A DNA stretch of 64,000 bases from positions 75,066-139,065 of the forward strand of contig JBQVOK010000006.1 in assembly GCA_052437175.1 (NCBI GenBank), in the 5' to 3' direction. This document shows positions 1-10,467 of the stretch, piece by piece (position 1 is the first letter of the stretch; each line of letters begins with the position of its first letter). The notes below the pieces were generated by a model. That model searched no databases. It had not been told where the DNA came from and saw nothing but the letters and a program-made list of their open reading frames with translations. Source of the DNA: Flavobacteriales bacterium (GTDB lineage Bacteria; Bacteroidota; Bacteroidia; CAIKAF01). A program made the position numbers and the translations under genes.

Positions 1-2037
1 GCGGAAAAACAGGCCGAAGTGGCCCGTCAGCTCTACGGCATTTCGCTTACCATGCAGGTGCTTACCATCAGCGGTAAAAAAGATTCGCCGACCTATGCAG
101 AACTTGAAAAACTGTATCGTGAAACGGAACTGAACCTCGATCCCCGTAACAAAAAGATACTGGAAGAGTGGGAGGCCAAGAAGGCCAACTATACAGGCGA
201 CGAATATGTATACACCGTACGTGGAAAAGAGATCCGCGTACCGACCAAGACCGAATCCCTCTCCGGCACTAAGGTGCCCAAAGTGTCCCTGCCGGCGTAT
301 AAGGACTGGGGCGATATACTGAAGTGGAACCTGACCGAGAACGTACCGGGCGAGTTTCCGTATGCAGCGGGCGTATACCCGTTCAAGCGCACCAATGAAG
401 ATCCCACACGCATGTTTGCCGGGGAAGGCGGTCCTGAGCGCACCAACAAACGCTTCCACTACGTAAGCGAAGGTATGCCGGCCAAACGTCTCAGTACGGC
501 ATTCGACAGTGTTACGCTTTACGGGAACGATCCCGATTACCGCCCGGATATTTACGGAAAGATCGGCAACAGCGGGGTAAGCATCTGCTGCCTCGACGAT
601 GCCAAGAAACTCTACAGCGGCTTCGACCTGGCCGATCCGGCCACTTCGGTATCGATGACCATTAACGGTCCGGCCAGCATCATGACCGGTTTCTTTATGA
701 ATGCTGCCATCGACCAGCAGTGCGAAAAATACATCCGTGAAAACGGCCTGCTGGACGAGGTAAATGCTAAGATCGACGCTATTTACGCGGCTAAGAAAGC
801 CGTTCGCCCGCATTACAACGGCAAACTGCCCAACGGTAACGACGGACTGGGTACCCTGCTGCTCGGCGTTACGGGCGACCAGGTATTGCCGGCCGATGTA
901 TACCAGAAGATCAAGGAACATACCCTGAGCCAGGTGCGCGGTACCGTACAGGCCGATATCCTGAAGGAAGACCAGGCGCAGAACACCTGTATCTTCTCTA
1001 CCGAGTTCTCTTTACGACTCATGGGCGACGTACAGGAATACTTTGTAAACAATAACGTACGTAACTTCTACAGCGTAAGCATCAGCGGGTACCATATTGC
1101 CGAGGCGGGAGCCAATCCCGTTTCCCAGCTGGCCTTTACACTGGCCAACGGCTTTACCTATGTAGAGTATTACCTGAGCCGTGGTATGGACATCGACAGT
1201 TTTGCGCCCAACCTGTCGTTCTTCTTCAGCAACGGCGTAGACCCCGAGTATTCGGTGATCGGCCGTGTGGCGCGCCGTATATGGGCCAAGGCCATGAAGT
1301 ATAAATACGGCGGCAATGAGCGCAGCCAGATGCTCAAATACCATATCCAGACCAGCGGCCGAAGCCTGCATGCGCAGGAGATCTCGTTCAACGACATCCG
1401 CACCACCCTGCAGGCCCTGTATGCCATCTACGATAACTGCAACAGCCTGCATACCAATGCCTACGACGAGGCCATTACCACGCCCACCGAAGAAAGTGTG
1501 CGCCGGGCCATGGCCATACAGCTCATCATCAACAAGGAACTGGGCCTGGCCAAGAACGAAAATCCCATCCAGGGCAGCTTTATCATTGAAGAACTCACCG
1601 ACCTGGTAGAAGAGGCGGTGTATGCCGAGTTTGACCGCATCACAGAGCGCGGCGGTGTGCTGGGAGCCATGGAAACCATGTACCAGCGCGGCAAGATACA
1701 GGAAGAGAGCCTGTATTATGAGACCCTGAAACATACGGGCGAATTCCCGATCATCGGGGTGAACACCTTCCTGAGTAAAGAAGGTTCGCCTACGGTAATT
1801 CCGGCCGAAGTGATCCGCAGTACCGAAGAAGAGAAGGAGTTCCAGATACAAACGGCCCGCAACCAGCAGGAACGTAATAAAACAGAGATCGAAAAACAGC
1901 TGAAAGACCTGAAAGAGGCGGCTGTGCGTAACGGGAACCTCTTTGGTGTGCTCATGGAAAGTACCAAGTGGTGTACGCTCGGACAGATCACCAATGCACT
2001 CTTTGAAGTAGGTGGCCAGTACCGCCGTAATATGTAA
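1..2037 (+). CDS. icmF: IcmF-like fused isobutyryl-CoA mutase / methylmalonyl-CoA mutase family, C-terminal substrate-binding (TIM-barrel) domain; 5' end lies upstream of window
   Basis: The frame is open from nt 1 with no stop before the listed GTG at 19. It has mutase motifs '[19 protein letters not shown]', 'LSTAFDS', '[10 protein letters not shown]', and the C-terminal '[11 protein letters not shown]' region typical of the MCM/ICM substrate domain. No B12-binding DxHxxG domain lies at the C-terminus, which fits the IcmF arrangement (B12/GTPase at the N-terminus, outside the window). Confidence 0.75.
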   Translation, partial: AEKQAEVARQLYGISLTMQVLTISGKKDSPTYAELEKLYRETELNLDPRNKKILEEWEAKKANYTGDEYVYTVRGKEIRVPTKTESLSGTKVPKVSLPAYKDWGDILKWNLTENVPGEFPYAAGVYPFKRTNEDPTRMFAGEGGPERTNKRFHYVSEGMPAKRLSTAFDSVTLYGNDPDYRPDIYGKIGNSGVSICCLDDAKKLYSGFDLADPATSVSMTINGPASIMTGFFMNAAIDQQCEKYIRENGLLDEVNAKIDAIYAAKKAVRPHYNGKLPNGNDGLGTLLLGVTGDQVLPADVYQKIKEHTLSQVRGTVQADILKEDQAQNTCIFSTEFSLRLMGDVQEYFVNNNVRNFYSVSISGYHIAEAGANPVSQLAFTLANGFTYVEYYLSRGMDIDSFAPNLSFFFSNGVDPEYSVIGRVARRIWAKAMKYKYGGNERSQMLKYHIQTSGRSLHAQEISFNDIRTTLQALYAIYDNCNSLHTNAYDEAITTPTEESVRRAMAIQLIINKELGLAKNENPIQGSFIIEELTDLVEEAVYAEFDRITERGGVLGAMETMYQRGKIQEESLYYETLKHTGEFPIIGVNTFLSKEGSPTVIPAEVIRSTEEEKEFQIQTARNQQERNKTEIEKQLKDLKEAAVRNGNLFGVLMESTKWCTLGQITNALFEVGGQYRRNM

Positions 2038-2063
2038 AACGATACATACGTATTTATAAACGA

Positions 2064-2096
2064 AAACGCTGCTCAAAAGGGCAGCGTTTCTTTTTT
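2064..2096 (+). terminator. rho-independent terminator downstream of the mutase gene
   Basis: Hairpin aaacgctgc-tcaaaag-ggcagcgttt followed by a T6 run (2090-2096), 27 nt after the stop. Confidence 0.7.
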
Positions 2097-2113
2097 GCAG
2101 CAAGGTATAAACA

Positions 2114-2146
2114 CAAAAAAACGCTGTCCCGGGAGGAACAGCGTTC
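2114..2146 (-). terminator. rho-independent terminator for the minus-strand T9SS Kelch gene
   Basis: Hairpin acgctgtcc/ggaacagcgt; the A7 run at 2114-2120 on the plus strand gives a T-run after the stem on the minus strand. It lies just 3' of the gene that ends at 2167. Confidence 0.55.
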
Positions 2147-2166
2147 TTGCACTTAAGTCGCAAAGA

Positions 2167-4698
2167 CTATTGTTTGATGATTTTACGGGTAATTGTCTTA
2201 TCAGCGCTGTACACACGGATGATGTATACGCCGCTTTCAAATCCGTTCAGATCGATCGTTTGTATGGCAGCCGGGTTCTGGTTGCTGTAAACCAGTTGTC
2301 CAACGGCATTGAACACTTCTGTCTTTTCAATTCCGGCAGTTTCAGCCTGTATCACGAACTGCTCGCGGAAAGGATTCGGGTAAATGCTGAAGGTAAAACC
2401 TTCTTCCTCTTCCAGTCCGGCGCAGGCGCTCACGCTCAGGGTTCCGCTTGTGGTATCGGAACAGCCTTCCGGCGAAGTGTAGATATAGGTAATGGTATGT
2501 GAACCGATACCGGCCGCTCCGGGGCTGAAGATACCGGCTGTAACGCCAGCACCGCTATAGGTACCACCGGCAGGAGTACCGCCGCTCAGGGCGAAGGGAC
2601 TGTGATATACGCAGGGAGTGGTAAATGTGCCCAGGGCCGCAGTCGGTTTGGCATTTACGGTAACCTCGATGGAGTCTGTCAGCGGACAGCCCCATGCCTG
2701 GTATACATGTCCCACGATGCTGCTTACGCCCGGTGCCGGGGTAATGGTCTGTACAGCCTGTGTGGGATCGCTGAAGGAAGCAGCAGGCTCCCACAGGTAG
2801 CTCTGGCCGCCTGTAGCTGTAAAGGTAATGGAAGTACCCTCGCACACAGTGGTTGTAGTGCTGCTGATGGTCGGCTGCGGCAGTGCGCCTACATTGATGG
2901 CCTCTACATTATCAAGGATATCGTTTCCGTCGTAACCGCCGATACAGGCCAGGTATACGCTGTCGTTCGCCGTAAAGGCCACGAAGTTGAATACGTTACT
3001 TACGGATGAAGGTTTATCCGGACCACCTTCCCACTGGTTGGTGTTTACGTTGAAGGCAAACGTGGCATTCATTACAAACAGACCCTGACCGTCGGGGTCA
3101 CCGGCCGTAAAGTATACTTTACCGTCGTTCAGCGGAGTAGCGCCGCCGGCCAGACGTCCGGAAGGACCTGCCGGGTAGCTGGGCAGTGCGGTCCAGGTGA
3201 TCTGCGAAGGATTGCTGGTATTGATGGTTCCCAGCCAGGCCTGGTCGCTGGTTTCGGTAACCTGGTTGTAACCGCCTACGAGTACGATCTTATTGCCGGT
3301 AATACCCATGCGGCCACCGCTCACGGCAGTTCCGGCAAAGGCAGTGCCTGTGGTCCAGGTATTGGTATTTACGTTATAGATCTGTACCGTAGTTACATCG
3401 GTAGTACCGTTATAACCGCCCACGATGTACATCAGGCTGTCGGCATAGGACGCAATGGCGTAGTCACCCACAGCCGTAGGCATATTGGCGATGGCCGTCC
3501 ATGTGTTGGTAGCCGGATCATAGGCATGTGCGCTGGTGGTCGGCGAGAAAGAACCTACATAACCGCCCGGTACATATACTTTACCTTTGATGGCAGCTGC
3601 GCCGATCTGCTGTTTGCCGGTAGGCAGGTTGGCGATGGGAGACCATGCGCCGCTTACCACGTTCATTTTGTAGGCATTGGCAATGGTGTTGAAGTTCATG
3701 TCGTTACCGCTGATGTGGTAGATATAGCCGGAATCGGTGGGACTGTTACAGCCTTTCAGGAAGGCTGAGGCAGAAGCCCACATCGGCTGCGGCAGCGGAG
3801 TAAAGGTGTTCCAGCCGTAGTTCTCGAAATCCTGCATTACGGTAATGCTAAACAGCAGGGTATCGTTGCTTGGCACCAGGTCGCCGGTCAGACCGGTATA
3901 GAGTTTGGCCTGGTAAACACCCGGAGTTGCAGGTGTCCAGGGGGTAAAGCTCAGCTGAGTGCTGGTTCCGGCAGCTACGTTGGGAGCACCTACAATAGAT
4001 ACATAACCGCCCTGGATCTCCAGTGTGGCATTGAACGATTGTGGAGTGGGGCCATTGTTGGCCACGGTAGCCTGCGGGGTAAGCGAGGTATTGGCTACGA
4101 TCTGCGCCGGGCCGTCATAGGTAGAGGCCTCGGCATCCAGTGCCGGCAGGGTACCCAGTTGTACACGGTCGATGTACACACCGTCGCCGTCTACATTATA
4201 GTGGCTGAAAGCCACAAAAATGTCCTGACCTACGAATGGTGCCAGGGAAACGGCATAGCGCTGCCATACACCGGCAGTCAGGGGATAGTTTACGCCTTCT
4301 TCCAGCTGCAGCAGCGTAGACGTAAAGGAAGCGAGTGCCGAGTCACCCGTAGATGCACGCACGATGAGTGAATCGGGCGGAAATCCGTCGTATTCCAGCG
4401 TCATGTAGAAAATGAGCGAGTCGCCGCTGGCAACCTGGAACTTGGGGGTGATGAGCCAGTCCTGGCCTCCGGTTGACTGGTATTCCATGTACGCACTGAA
4501 CGAACCGTCATAGGCTTCGTCAGAAGTGCGCTGCCATACGTTGGCGCCCTGAACGCTGGTGGCCTGCCAGCCGGCGGGCGGGAATTGCGTGCCTTCGAAA
4601 CTCTGCTTATAGTAACCCGCTAACTGGGCACCGGCAAGAGAAGGCAAAAGGAAAAGGCATGCTAAAATGCCAAAAGATAGAATAGAACTTTTTTTCAT
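2167..4698 (-). CDS. T9SS-secreted Kelch-repeat protein (type-A Por C-terminal sorting domain)
   Basis: N-terminal signal peptide (MKKSSILSFGILACLFLLPSLAGAQ). Repeated Kelch-like blades (GGY..G, 'KVYV.GGY', 'YIVGGYNG'). C-terminal 'FSIYPNPF...GVYIIRVYSADKTITRKIIKQ' is a T9SS type-A sorting domain. Confidence 0.75.
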   Translation of the reverse strand: MKKSSILSFGILACLFLLPSLAGAQLAGYYKQSFEGTQFPPAGWQATSVQGANVWQRTSDEAYDGSFSAYMEYQSTGGQDWLITPKFQVASGDSLIFYMTLEYDGFPPDSLIVRASTGDSALASFTSTLLQLEEGVNYPLTAGVWQRYAVSLAPFVGQDIFVAFSHYNVDGDGVYIDRVQLGTLPALDAEASTYDGPAQIVANTSLTPQATVANNGPTPQSFNATLEIQGGYVSIVGAPNVAAGTSTQLSFTPWTPATPGVYQAKLYTGLTGDLVPSNDTLLFSITVMQDFENYGWNTFTPLPQPMWASASAFLKGCNSPTDSGYIYHISGNDMNFNTIANAYKMNVVSGAWSPIANLPTGKQQIGAAAIKGKVYVPGGYVGSFSPTTSAHAYDPATNTWTAIANMPTAVGDYAIASYADSLMYIVGGYNGTTDVTTVQIYNVNTNTWTTGTAFAGTAVSGGRMGITGNKIVLVGGYNQVTETSDQAWLGTINTSNPSQITWTALPSYPAGPSGRLAGGATPLNDGKVYFTAGDPDGQGLFVMNATFAFNVNTNQWEGGPDKPSSVSNVFNFVAFTANDSVYLACIGGYDGNDILDNVEAINVGALPQPTISSTTTTVCEGTSITFTATGGQSYLWEPAASFSDPTQAVQTITPAPGVSSIVGHVYQAWGCPLTDSIEVTVNAKPTAALGTFTTPCVYHSPFALSGGTPAGGTYSGAGVTAGIFSPGAAGIGSHTITYIYTSPEGCSDTTSGTLSVSACAGLEEEEGFTFSIYPNPFREQFVIQAETAGIEKTEVFNAVGQLVYSNQNPAAIQTIDLNGFESGVYIIRVYSADKTITRKIIKQ

Positions 4699-4884
4699 AC
4701 CTTAGATAGAATTGTTTGGTTTTATTAATGGTATAAATTATATACAATGTTAATAAATCTTTAATGATACCGAAAGGGCAGAGGCCGTTTATCGGTCTAA
4801 AAAGGTATGTATTTATTTGTAAGTTACTTGTAAGCAGTGTATAAGGTCGTTACTAAAATATCGCTTTTTAGTTTCCGGAAATTT

Positions 4885-4930
4885 AAAAACCGGTATCTGT
4901 CTATAATTTTGGCGGACAAATACCGGTTTT
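4885..4930. terminator. possible bidirectional terminator / large hairpin 3' of the efflux operon
   Basis: Inverted repeat aaaaaccggtat ... ataccggttttc with A-run and T-run flanks. The loop is ~23 nt, so confidence is low. It lies 24 nt after the stop of the membrane fusion protein gene (minus strand). Confidence 0.35.
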
Positions 4931-4953
4931 CGTATATGTATTTATTTTTTGGC

Positions 4954-6087
4954 TCAGTCGGCAGCTGCATTGTGGAGGCTAAGCCAGAGCGTATAGGCAT
5001 TGGTCTTTACCCATTTTCTGCCGGAAAGCGTTGCGGGTAAGATCACCTGTGTATAGGTTTCGTCGCTCAGGCCGGTGTTCACCACGTGTTCCACGAACCG
5101 TCCGCCGCCTTCATCGGTAAAGGCAAAGGCCTTATCGCCGTTGCGTACGATGGCGGCGAGGGGCAGAGCCTGTACCCGGCCGCTCTGTACCTGCACCTTC
5201 CCGTTTATGAACATACCCGGTACCAGTAGCCGGGCGGGGTCATCGGTATGGCAATGTACGGTAAAGCTGCGGTCAGCCCCGATCTGCCGGCCGATACCGA
5301 TAATACTGCCGCTGAAGGTCTGTTCCGGTGCACTGTTCGTAAAGAACTGCACCTGTTGTTTTTCACGCAATAGCGGGAGGTGATTTTCGAACGCCTGCAG
5401 GCTGATGTGCATATCGGCCGGGTCGATCAGTACAAGGAGCTCTGTGCCGGCATCGGTATACATACCTTCGTTGATACGTACTTCGCTGATGTAACCTGCT
5501 ACCGGGGCGGTAATATCTACATAAGGCCTGATGTTTGCGGCCTGCATACCGTTGCTGCGTATGCCCAGCAGGTTCAGCTGCTGTTTCAGGGCCTCGCGGG
5601 AGGCTTTTTCTACCAGCAGCCGGGTTTGCGCGTCCTGCAGCTGTTTTTCGCTGGAGGCGTTATTGCGAGCCATTTCTTCCTGGCGGGAGGCCTCGGCTTC
5701 CAATTGCAGGCACAGTGCCTCGGAACTGAGATAGGCCCGCTGTATTTCGGCGATCTGCATCGACTCCAGGCGGCATAAAAGTTCACCTTTCTGCACTTTT
5801 TGTCCCGGCAGCACCCTGATGTTCTTTACAACGGCCCCTACGGGGAACGAAATGCTGATCTTATGCGACGGCGGGGCTTCCACCATTCCGTTGAGCAATA
5901 CCTCGCTGTTTATGACCACGCTGTCGGCTGTGCCGCTGTTTATGCGGGCATTCTGTACCTGTTGCGGACTGAGTGTAAGTACGCCGGGTTCCTGTTTCTG
6001 CGGCGTGCCGCTGTTGTTTCCGCTGCCGCAACCGGCAATGAAACCTGCACTCAGGCAGGCAATAATTATATGTTTACGGATATTCAT
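4954..6087 (-). CDS. efflux RND transporter periplasmic adaptor (membrane fusion protein, CzcB/CusB/HlyD family)
   Basis: Lipoprotein-type N-terminus (LSAGFIAGC), coiled-coil segment, and beta-barrel/MP domains typical of metal-efflux MFPs. It starts 12 nt downstream of the pump gene in the same orientation. Confidence 0.8.
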   Translation of the reverse strand: MNIRKHIIIACLSAGFIAGCGSGNNSGTPQKQEPGVLTLSPQQVQNARINSGTADSVVINSEVLLNGMVEAPPSHKISISFPVGAVVKNIRVLPGQKVQKGELLCRLESMQIAEIQRAYLSSEALCLQLEAEASRQEEMARNNASSEKQLQDAQTRLLVEKASREALKQQLNLLGIRSNGMQAANIRPYVDITAPVAGYISEVRINEGMYTDAGTELLVLIDPADMHISLQAFENHLPLLREKQQVQFFTNSAPEQTFSGSIIGIGRQIGADRSFTVHCHTDDPARLLVPGMFINGKVQVQSGRVQALPLAAIVRNGDKAFAFTDEGGGRFVEHVVNTGLSDETYTQVILPATLSGRKWVKTNAYTLWLSLHNAAAD

Positions 6088-6098
6088 GGATTCTGTTT

Positions 6099-9000
6099 TT
6101 AGGGATTCAGATAATTGTATTCAATAACGGCTGCATTATACTCCCACAGTAGGTCCAGCCAGGAATCGTATATGCTTAGGCAGTTGCGGTACATCAGGAA
6201 CCATTCGCTGTAACTGATGGCACCGTTCTTCCACTGCGAAAAGGCGATCTTTTCCATCTCTGCGGCGGCAGGCATCAGTTCATTCCGGTAAGTGTCCATA
6301 CTGGCCCGCAGGCGATCGGTACGGCGGGCCGCTGTGCTGTACCGGGCGTTGAACTCGGCCTGCACCGAGCGGTTCAGCGCCTGCACACCCTGGTAACGGA
6401 AGCGGGCGGCGCGGGCCTCCTGTATGGCAGCGCCGCTGAACAGGGGCAGTGCCAGGCCGGCCACAAAAGTGCCAAAGCGTTTTCGTCCGTCAAAGTATAC
6501 TTCGTTACCGTCCGGGTTCTGGTACCCGATAATGGTCATGTTGTTGTAGCCGAGCAGGATATCCGGCAGTACTTTGGACTTACGTACACGCCACTGGTAC
6601 AGGGCCGAATTTTCGAGTGCTGAAGCTTTCAGCAGCAGGGGATGTGTGCCTGCTCTGCTTTGATGAAGAGGCGCCAGCATACTGTCGGTCGCGGGGATGA
6701 AATAGGTGTCTGTCTGCAGGAGGCTGTTGAACAGCTGCAGGGTAAGGTCCGAGTCGTTGCGCAGGTTCAGCAGTTCCTGGCGTACCAGTAGCTGTTCGTT
6801 CTGTGCGCTTTTTTCTTCCCAGAGGCCGGTTTCGCCTGTACGTGCGCGGGTCTGTGCGGCGGCGCTGAAAACCTGCAGCAGGCTGTCTTTCTGGCGTGCC
6901 CGGGCTATTTTCTGCTGTATCCAGAGGTATTTCCAGAAGTGCAGCGAAAGTTCTCTTTCCTTTTCTCGGCGGCTGAGGGCATTATCGGCATAGGCGCCCT
7001 GTTGTTCGCTTTTCAGCAGGCGGCTTTGTGCAGTGTATACCGTAGGGAATTCGAGGCTCTGCTGTAGCTGAAACCCATTGTCCACGGCCGCACTGTTGAT
7101 GTTTCCGTAGGAAAAATTGAACTGTGTCTTAGGCAGGTTCCAGCCGGTACCCCTGCGGGCGGCTATACCCTGCTGTTCCAGGTCCAGTGCACGAAAGCGA
7201 TGACTGCTGTCCTGCATGATACGCAGTGCCTCGTGGTAATGTACCGGCACCTGCGCGGCCGCATAGCCCGTAATACCAAACAGGAGCAGCACCAGGGCCG
7301 CTTTGGGAGACGCTGCTTTGCGCAGCAGGAACAATACCGGTAGCACCAGCAGGGTAAGCAGGGTAGAACTGATGAGTCCGCCGATGACCACGGTGGCCAG
7401 CGGGCGTTGTACTTCGGCCCCGGCGCCGTTGCTGAGGGCCATGGGCAGAAAGCCGAGTGAAGCTACCGTGGCGGTAAGCAGCACGGGACGCAGACGGTTG
7501 ATACAGGCCTGCATTACGATGGCGCTCATGGCCTCATCTCGTCTTTCGGCACGGAGTTTATTGATCTCCGATACCAGTACCACACCGTTGAGCACGGCTA
7601 CCCCGAACAGGGCAATGAAACCGATGCCCGCCGAAATGCTGAATGGCATTCCCCGCAGCCAGAGTGCGGCAATACCACCGATGGAACTGAGCGGGATGGC
7701 CGAATAGACCCGCAGACTTTGTGCTGCCGACCCGAAGGCAAAGAACAACAGCACAAAAATGAGACCCAGTGCCACGGGCAGGGCAATGCTGAGGCGGGCC
7801 GAGGCTTCCTGCAGGTTTTCGAAAGAGCCGCCATAGCGGATGTAATACCCGGAGGGCAGTGCCAGGGAAGCGGCCTGTGCCTGTATGTCTTTTACCACGC
7901 TCTGTACGTCGCGGTCTTTTACATTGAACCCGATAATGATACGCCGCTGTGTGTTTTCGCGCTGTACCTGGTTGTAACCGCTTATTTCGCGGATATCGGC
8001 CAGCATTTCCAGCGGTACTACACTGCCGGAGGCGGTCTGTACGGGCAGCTGCCGCAGGCTTGCCGCCGAATTGCGTATGTCCGGAGGCAGACGAAGTACA
8101 ATATCGTAGCTTTTTTCCCCTTCGTAGATCTGGCCGGCCTTCGTTCCGGAAAAAGCGGCTTCCACGGCGCGGTTCAGTTCGGATACCTGTACCCCGTAGG
8201 CCGCCAGGGCTGCATAGTTGTACCGGATCAGGGTCTGCGGCATACCGCTTACCGATTCTACATAGATATCCGCAGCGCCTTCTGTGTTTTCAATGATACT
8301 GCGCAGGTGGTCTGCGTACTTTACCAGGCTGTCCAGGTCTTCGCCGAATATTTTACACACCACGTCCTGTTTGGCGCCGGTAAGCAGCTCGTTAAAACGC
8401 ATCTGCACCGGGAACTGGAAGCTGAACGTAGCTCCCGGGTTCAGCGAAAGCGCGCGGTTCATGGTATCGGCCAGTGCGGCAAAACTGTGTGCCGTGGTCC
8501 ATTCTTTCTTATCCTTCAGTACCACGATCATATCGGCAATTTCGAGCGGCAGGGGATCGGTAGGGATCTCACTGCTGCCGATCTTGGTGACTACTTTTTC
8601 TACTTCGGGGAATTTCAGCAGTACCTGGGATGCTTTTGAAGTATGTTCCTGGGTGGTATGCAGGCTGGCTCCGGGCAGCAGACGGGTCTCCACGGCAAAA
8701 TCGCCTTCTTCGAGCTGGGGAATAAATTCTCCGCCGATAAAGAACAGCGAAGCGGCTGCCGGGATAAAGAGCAGCAGGGCCAGGCTCAGTACCATTTTTT
8801 TATGCCGGATGGCCTTTGTGAGGATACGGCTGTATTTTTCCTGCAGGAAATGTTCCCAGCGGTCGGCGAAGTTCTTACGTCCGGGGGCGGGTATCTTCAG
8901 CAGCCAGGCGCTCATCATGGGCACATAGGTAAGCGAAAGCATGAAGGCGCCCACCAGTGCAAAGGACACGGTCTGTGCCATGGGTCTGAACATTTTGCCT

Positions 9001-10397
9001 TCTACGCCCTGCAGCGAAAATATGGGCAGGTATACCACCAGGATGATGAGCTGACCAAAAATGGCCGCCCGCAGCATTTTGCCGGCAATATCCGCGGTAA
9101 GGGCGTCTTTGTCCACCGTTTCGTTCCGGTGCTGCATAAAATAGAACAGGATGGCCTCTACAATGATCACGGCCCCGTCGATCAGCAGACCGAAGTCGAG
9201 GGCGCCCAGGCTCATCAGGTTGCCGCTGACGCCGAACAGATTCATGAGCCCGATGGCAAAGAGCATGGCTAGCGGAATTACGGAAGCCACAATAAAGGCC
9301 GCCCGCAGGTCGCCCAGGAACAGGAAGAGCACCAGCAATACAATGGCGGCCCCTTCGAGCAGGTTGGTCTTTACGGTGCTGATGGCATGATCCACCATTT
9401 TGCTGCGGTCCAGGAAGGGCTCAATGACCACACCTTCGGGCAGCATTTTCTGTATGTCTTTTACTTTGTCTTTTACGCGTGCGATGACGGCGGAAGAATT
9501 TTCGCCGCGCAGCATCATTACCACGGCTCCGGAAACATTACAATCGCCGTTGTAGCAGAGCGCTCCGTAGGGAATGGCATGTCCTTCGCCCACCACGGCC
9601 ACGTCCTTTACCTTCACCGGCAGTCCGTTCTCGGTATGCCGCAGTACGGTGTTCTCGATATCGCTTTTGGTCTGCATAAGACCTTCACTGCGGATATAGG
9701 AGAGGGTAGGCCCGGTTTCGATGTAGGAGCCGCCGGCATTTTCGTTATTGGCGTTGAGCACGGCGGCAATTTCACTGGCGGTTACCTTATAGGCCTTCAT
9801 CTGTGCGGGCTGCAGCTGTACTTCGTATTCTTTCAGCAATCCGCCGAACGAACTTACATCGGCAATGCCTTTTACGGAAAGTAACTGGCGGCGTACCACC
9901 CAGTCCTGTATGGAGCGTAACTGTGCGGGCGAATAACGGCCTTCGTAGCCGTCTTTACAGCGCACTACGTACTGGTAAATTTCGCCCAGTCCGGAGGATA
10001 CCGGCCCCAGCCGCGGCACGCCCAGTCCGGGTGGAATGCTGGCCTGTACCTGTACCAGGCGTTCGGAAAGCTGCTGGCGCGCCCAGTAAATATCGGTACC
10101 TTCTTCAAAGACCACGGTCACCACCGAAAGTCCGAAGCGGGAAAAACTGCGTACCTGTTTTACGCGCGGGGCGTTGCTGCAGGCCAGTTCTACGGGAAAG
10201 GTAATGAGGCGCTCCACATCGGTAGCGCCCAGCGAGGGCGATACGGTAAGTATCTGCACCTGGTCGTCGGTAATATCGGGAACCGCGTCCACCGGCAGGC
10301 GGCGCAGTTCAAAAATGCCCCAGACCAGCAGGGCCAGGGTGCCTAAGGCCACAATGAGCTTATTGTGTACCGAAAAGGCAGCTATTTTATAAATCAT
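6099..10397 (-). CDS. CusA/CzcA-family heavy-metal efflux RND permease fused in frame to a TolC/CzcC-like outer-membrane factor (1432 aa)
   Basis: The N-terminal ~1020 aa are a 12-TM HME-RND pump ('MIYKIAAFSVHNKLIVALGTLALL', 'ITFPVE', large periplasmic loops). After the last TM comes 'RKAASPKAALVLLLFGITGYAAAQ', then ~390 aa with the outer-membrane efflux protein repeat architecture ('HYHEALRIMQ...', two OEP coiled-coil/beta repeats). The reverse-complement DNA across 7261-7340 has no stop and no frameshift. Confidence 0.8.
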   Translation of the reverse strand: MIYKIAAFSVHNKLIVALGTLALLVWGIFELRRLPVDAVPDITDDQVQILTVSPSLGATDVERLITFPVELACSNAPRVKQVRSFSRFGLSVVTVVFEEGTDIYWARQQLSERLVQVQASIPPGLGVPRLGPVSSGLGEIYQYVVRCKDGYEGRYSPAQLRSIQDWVVRRQLLSVKGIADVSSFGGLLKEYEVQLQPAQMKAYKVTASEIAAVLNANNENAGGSYIETGPTLSYIRSEGLMQTKSDIENTVLRHTENGLPVKVKDVAVVGEGHAIPYGALCYNGDCNVSGAVVMMLRGENSSAVIARVKDKVKDIQKMLPEGVVIEPFLDRSKMVDHAISTVKTNLLEGAAIVLLVLFLFLGDLRAAFIVASVIPLAMLFAIGLMNLFGVSGNLMSLGALDFGLLIDGAVIIVEAILFYFMQHRNETVDKDALTADIAGKMLRAAIFGQLIILVVYLPIFSLQGVEGKMFRPMAQTVSFALVGAFMLSLTYVPMMSAWLLKIPAPGRKNFADRWEHFLQEKYSRILTKAIRHKKMVLSLALLLFIPAAASLFFIGGEFIPQLEEGDFAVETRLLPGASLHTTQEHTSKASQVLLKFPEVEKVVTKIGSSEIPTDPLPLEIADMIVVLKDKKEWTTAHSFAALADTMNRALSLNPGATFSFQFPVQMRFNELLTGAKQDVVCKIFGEDLDSLVKYADHLRSIIENTEGAADIYVESVSGMPQTLIRYNYAALAAYGVQVSELNRAVEAAFSGTKAGQIYEGEKSYDIVLRLPPDIRNSAASLRQLPVQTASGSVVPLEMLADIREISGYNQVQRENTQRRIIIGFNVKDRDVQSVVKDIQAQAASLALPSGYYIRYGGSFENLQEASARLSIALPVALGLIFVLLFFAFGSAAQSLRVYSAIPLSSIGGIAALWLRGMPFSISAGIGFIALFGVAVLNGVVLVSEINKLRAERRDEAMSAIVMQACINRLRPVLLTATVASLGFLPMALSNGAGAEVQRPLATVVIGGLISSTLLTLLVLPVLFLLRKAASPKAALVLLLFGITGYAAAQVPVHYHEALRIMQDSSHRFRALDLEQQGIAARRGTGWNLPKTQFNFSYGNINSAAVDNGFQLQQSLEFPTVYTAQSRLLKSEQQGAYADNALSRREKERELSLHFWKYLWIQQKIARARQKDSLLQVFSAAAQTRARTGETGLWEEKSAQNEQLLVRQELLNLRNDSDLTLQLFNSLLQTDTYFIPATDSMLAPLHQSRAGTHPLLLKASALENSALYQWRVRKSKVLPDILLGYNNMTIIGYQNPDGNEVYFDGRKRFGTFVAGLALPLFSGAAIQEARAARFRYQGVQALNRSVQAEFNARYSTAARRTDRLRASMDTYRNELMPAAAEMEKIAFSQWKNGAISYSEWFLMYRNCLSIYDSWLDLLWEYNAAVIEYNYLNP

Positions 10398-10467
10398 AGG
10401 ATCAATGCATAAAATACCACAATGGGCCGCCGTACAGGCAGCCTTGAATAAAAAAACGGTAGTGGAA

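Noticed and set aside
1012-2163. 383-aa minus-strand ORF antisense to the mutase gene
   Set aside because: It overlaps a gene with strong, motif-level homology on the other strand, and its translation is Arg/Leu-rich antisense-like sequence. It is a typical shadow ORF of a GC-rich coding region.
7261-7340. Possibility that the pump-OMF fusion is an assembly or frameshift artefact joining two genes
   Set aside because: I keep it as a caveat, not as the call. The reverse-complement reading of 7261-7340 is continuously in frame (PVLFLLRKAASPKAALVLLLFGITGYA) with no stop, and the linker retains a complete signal-peptide-like segment. That is what a genuine fusion would look like, so I report the fused ORF.
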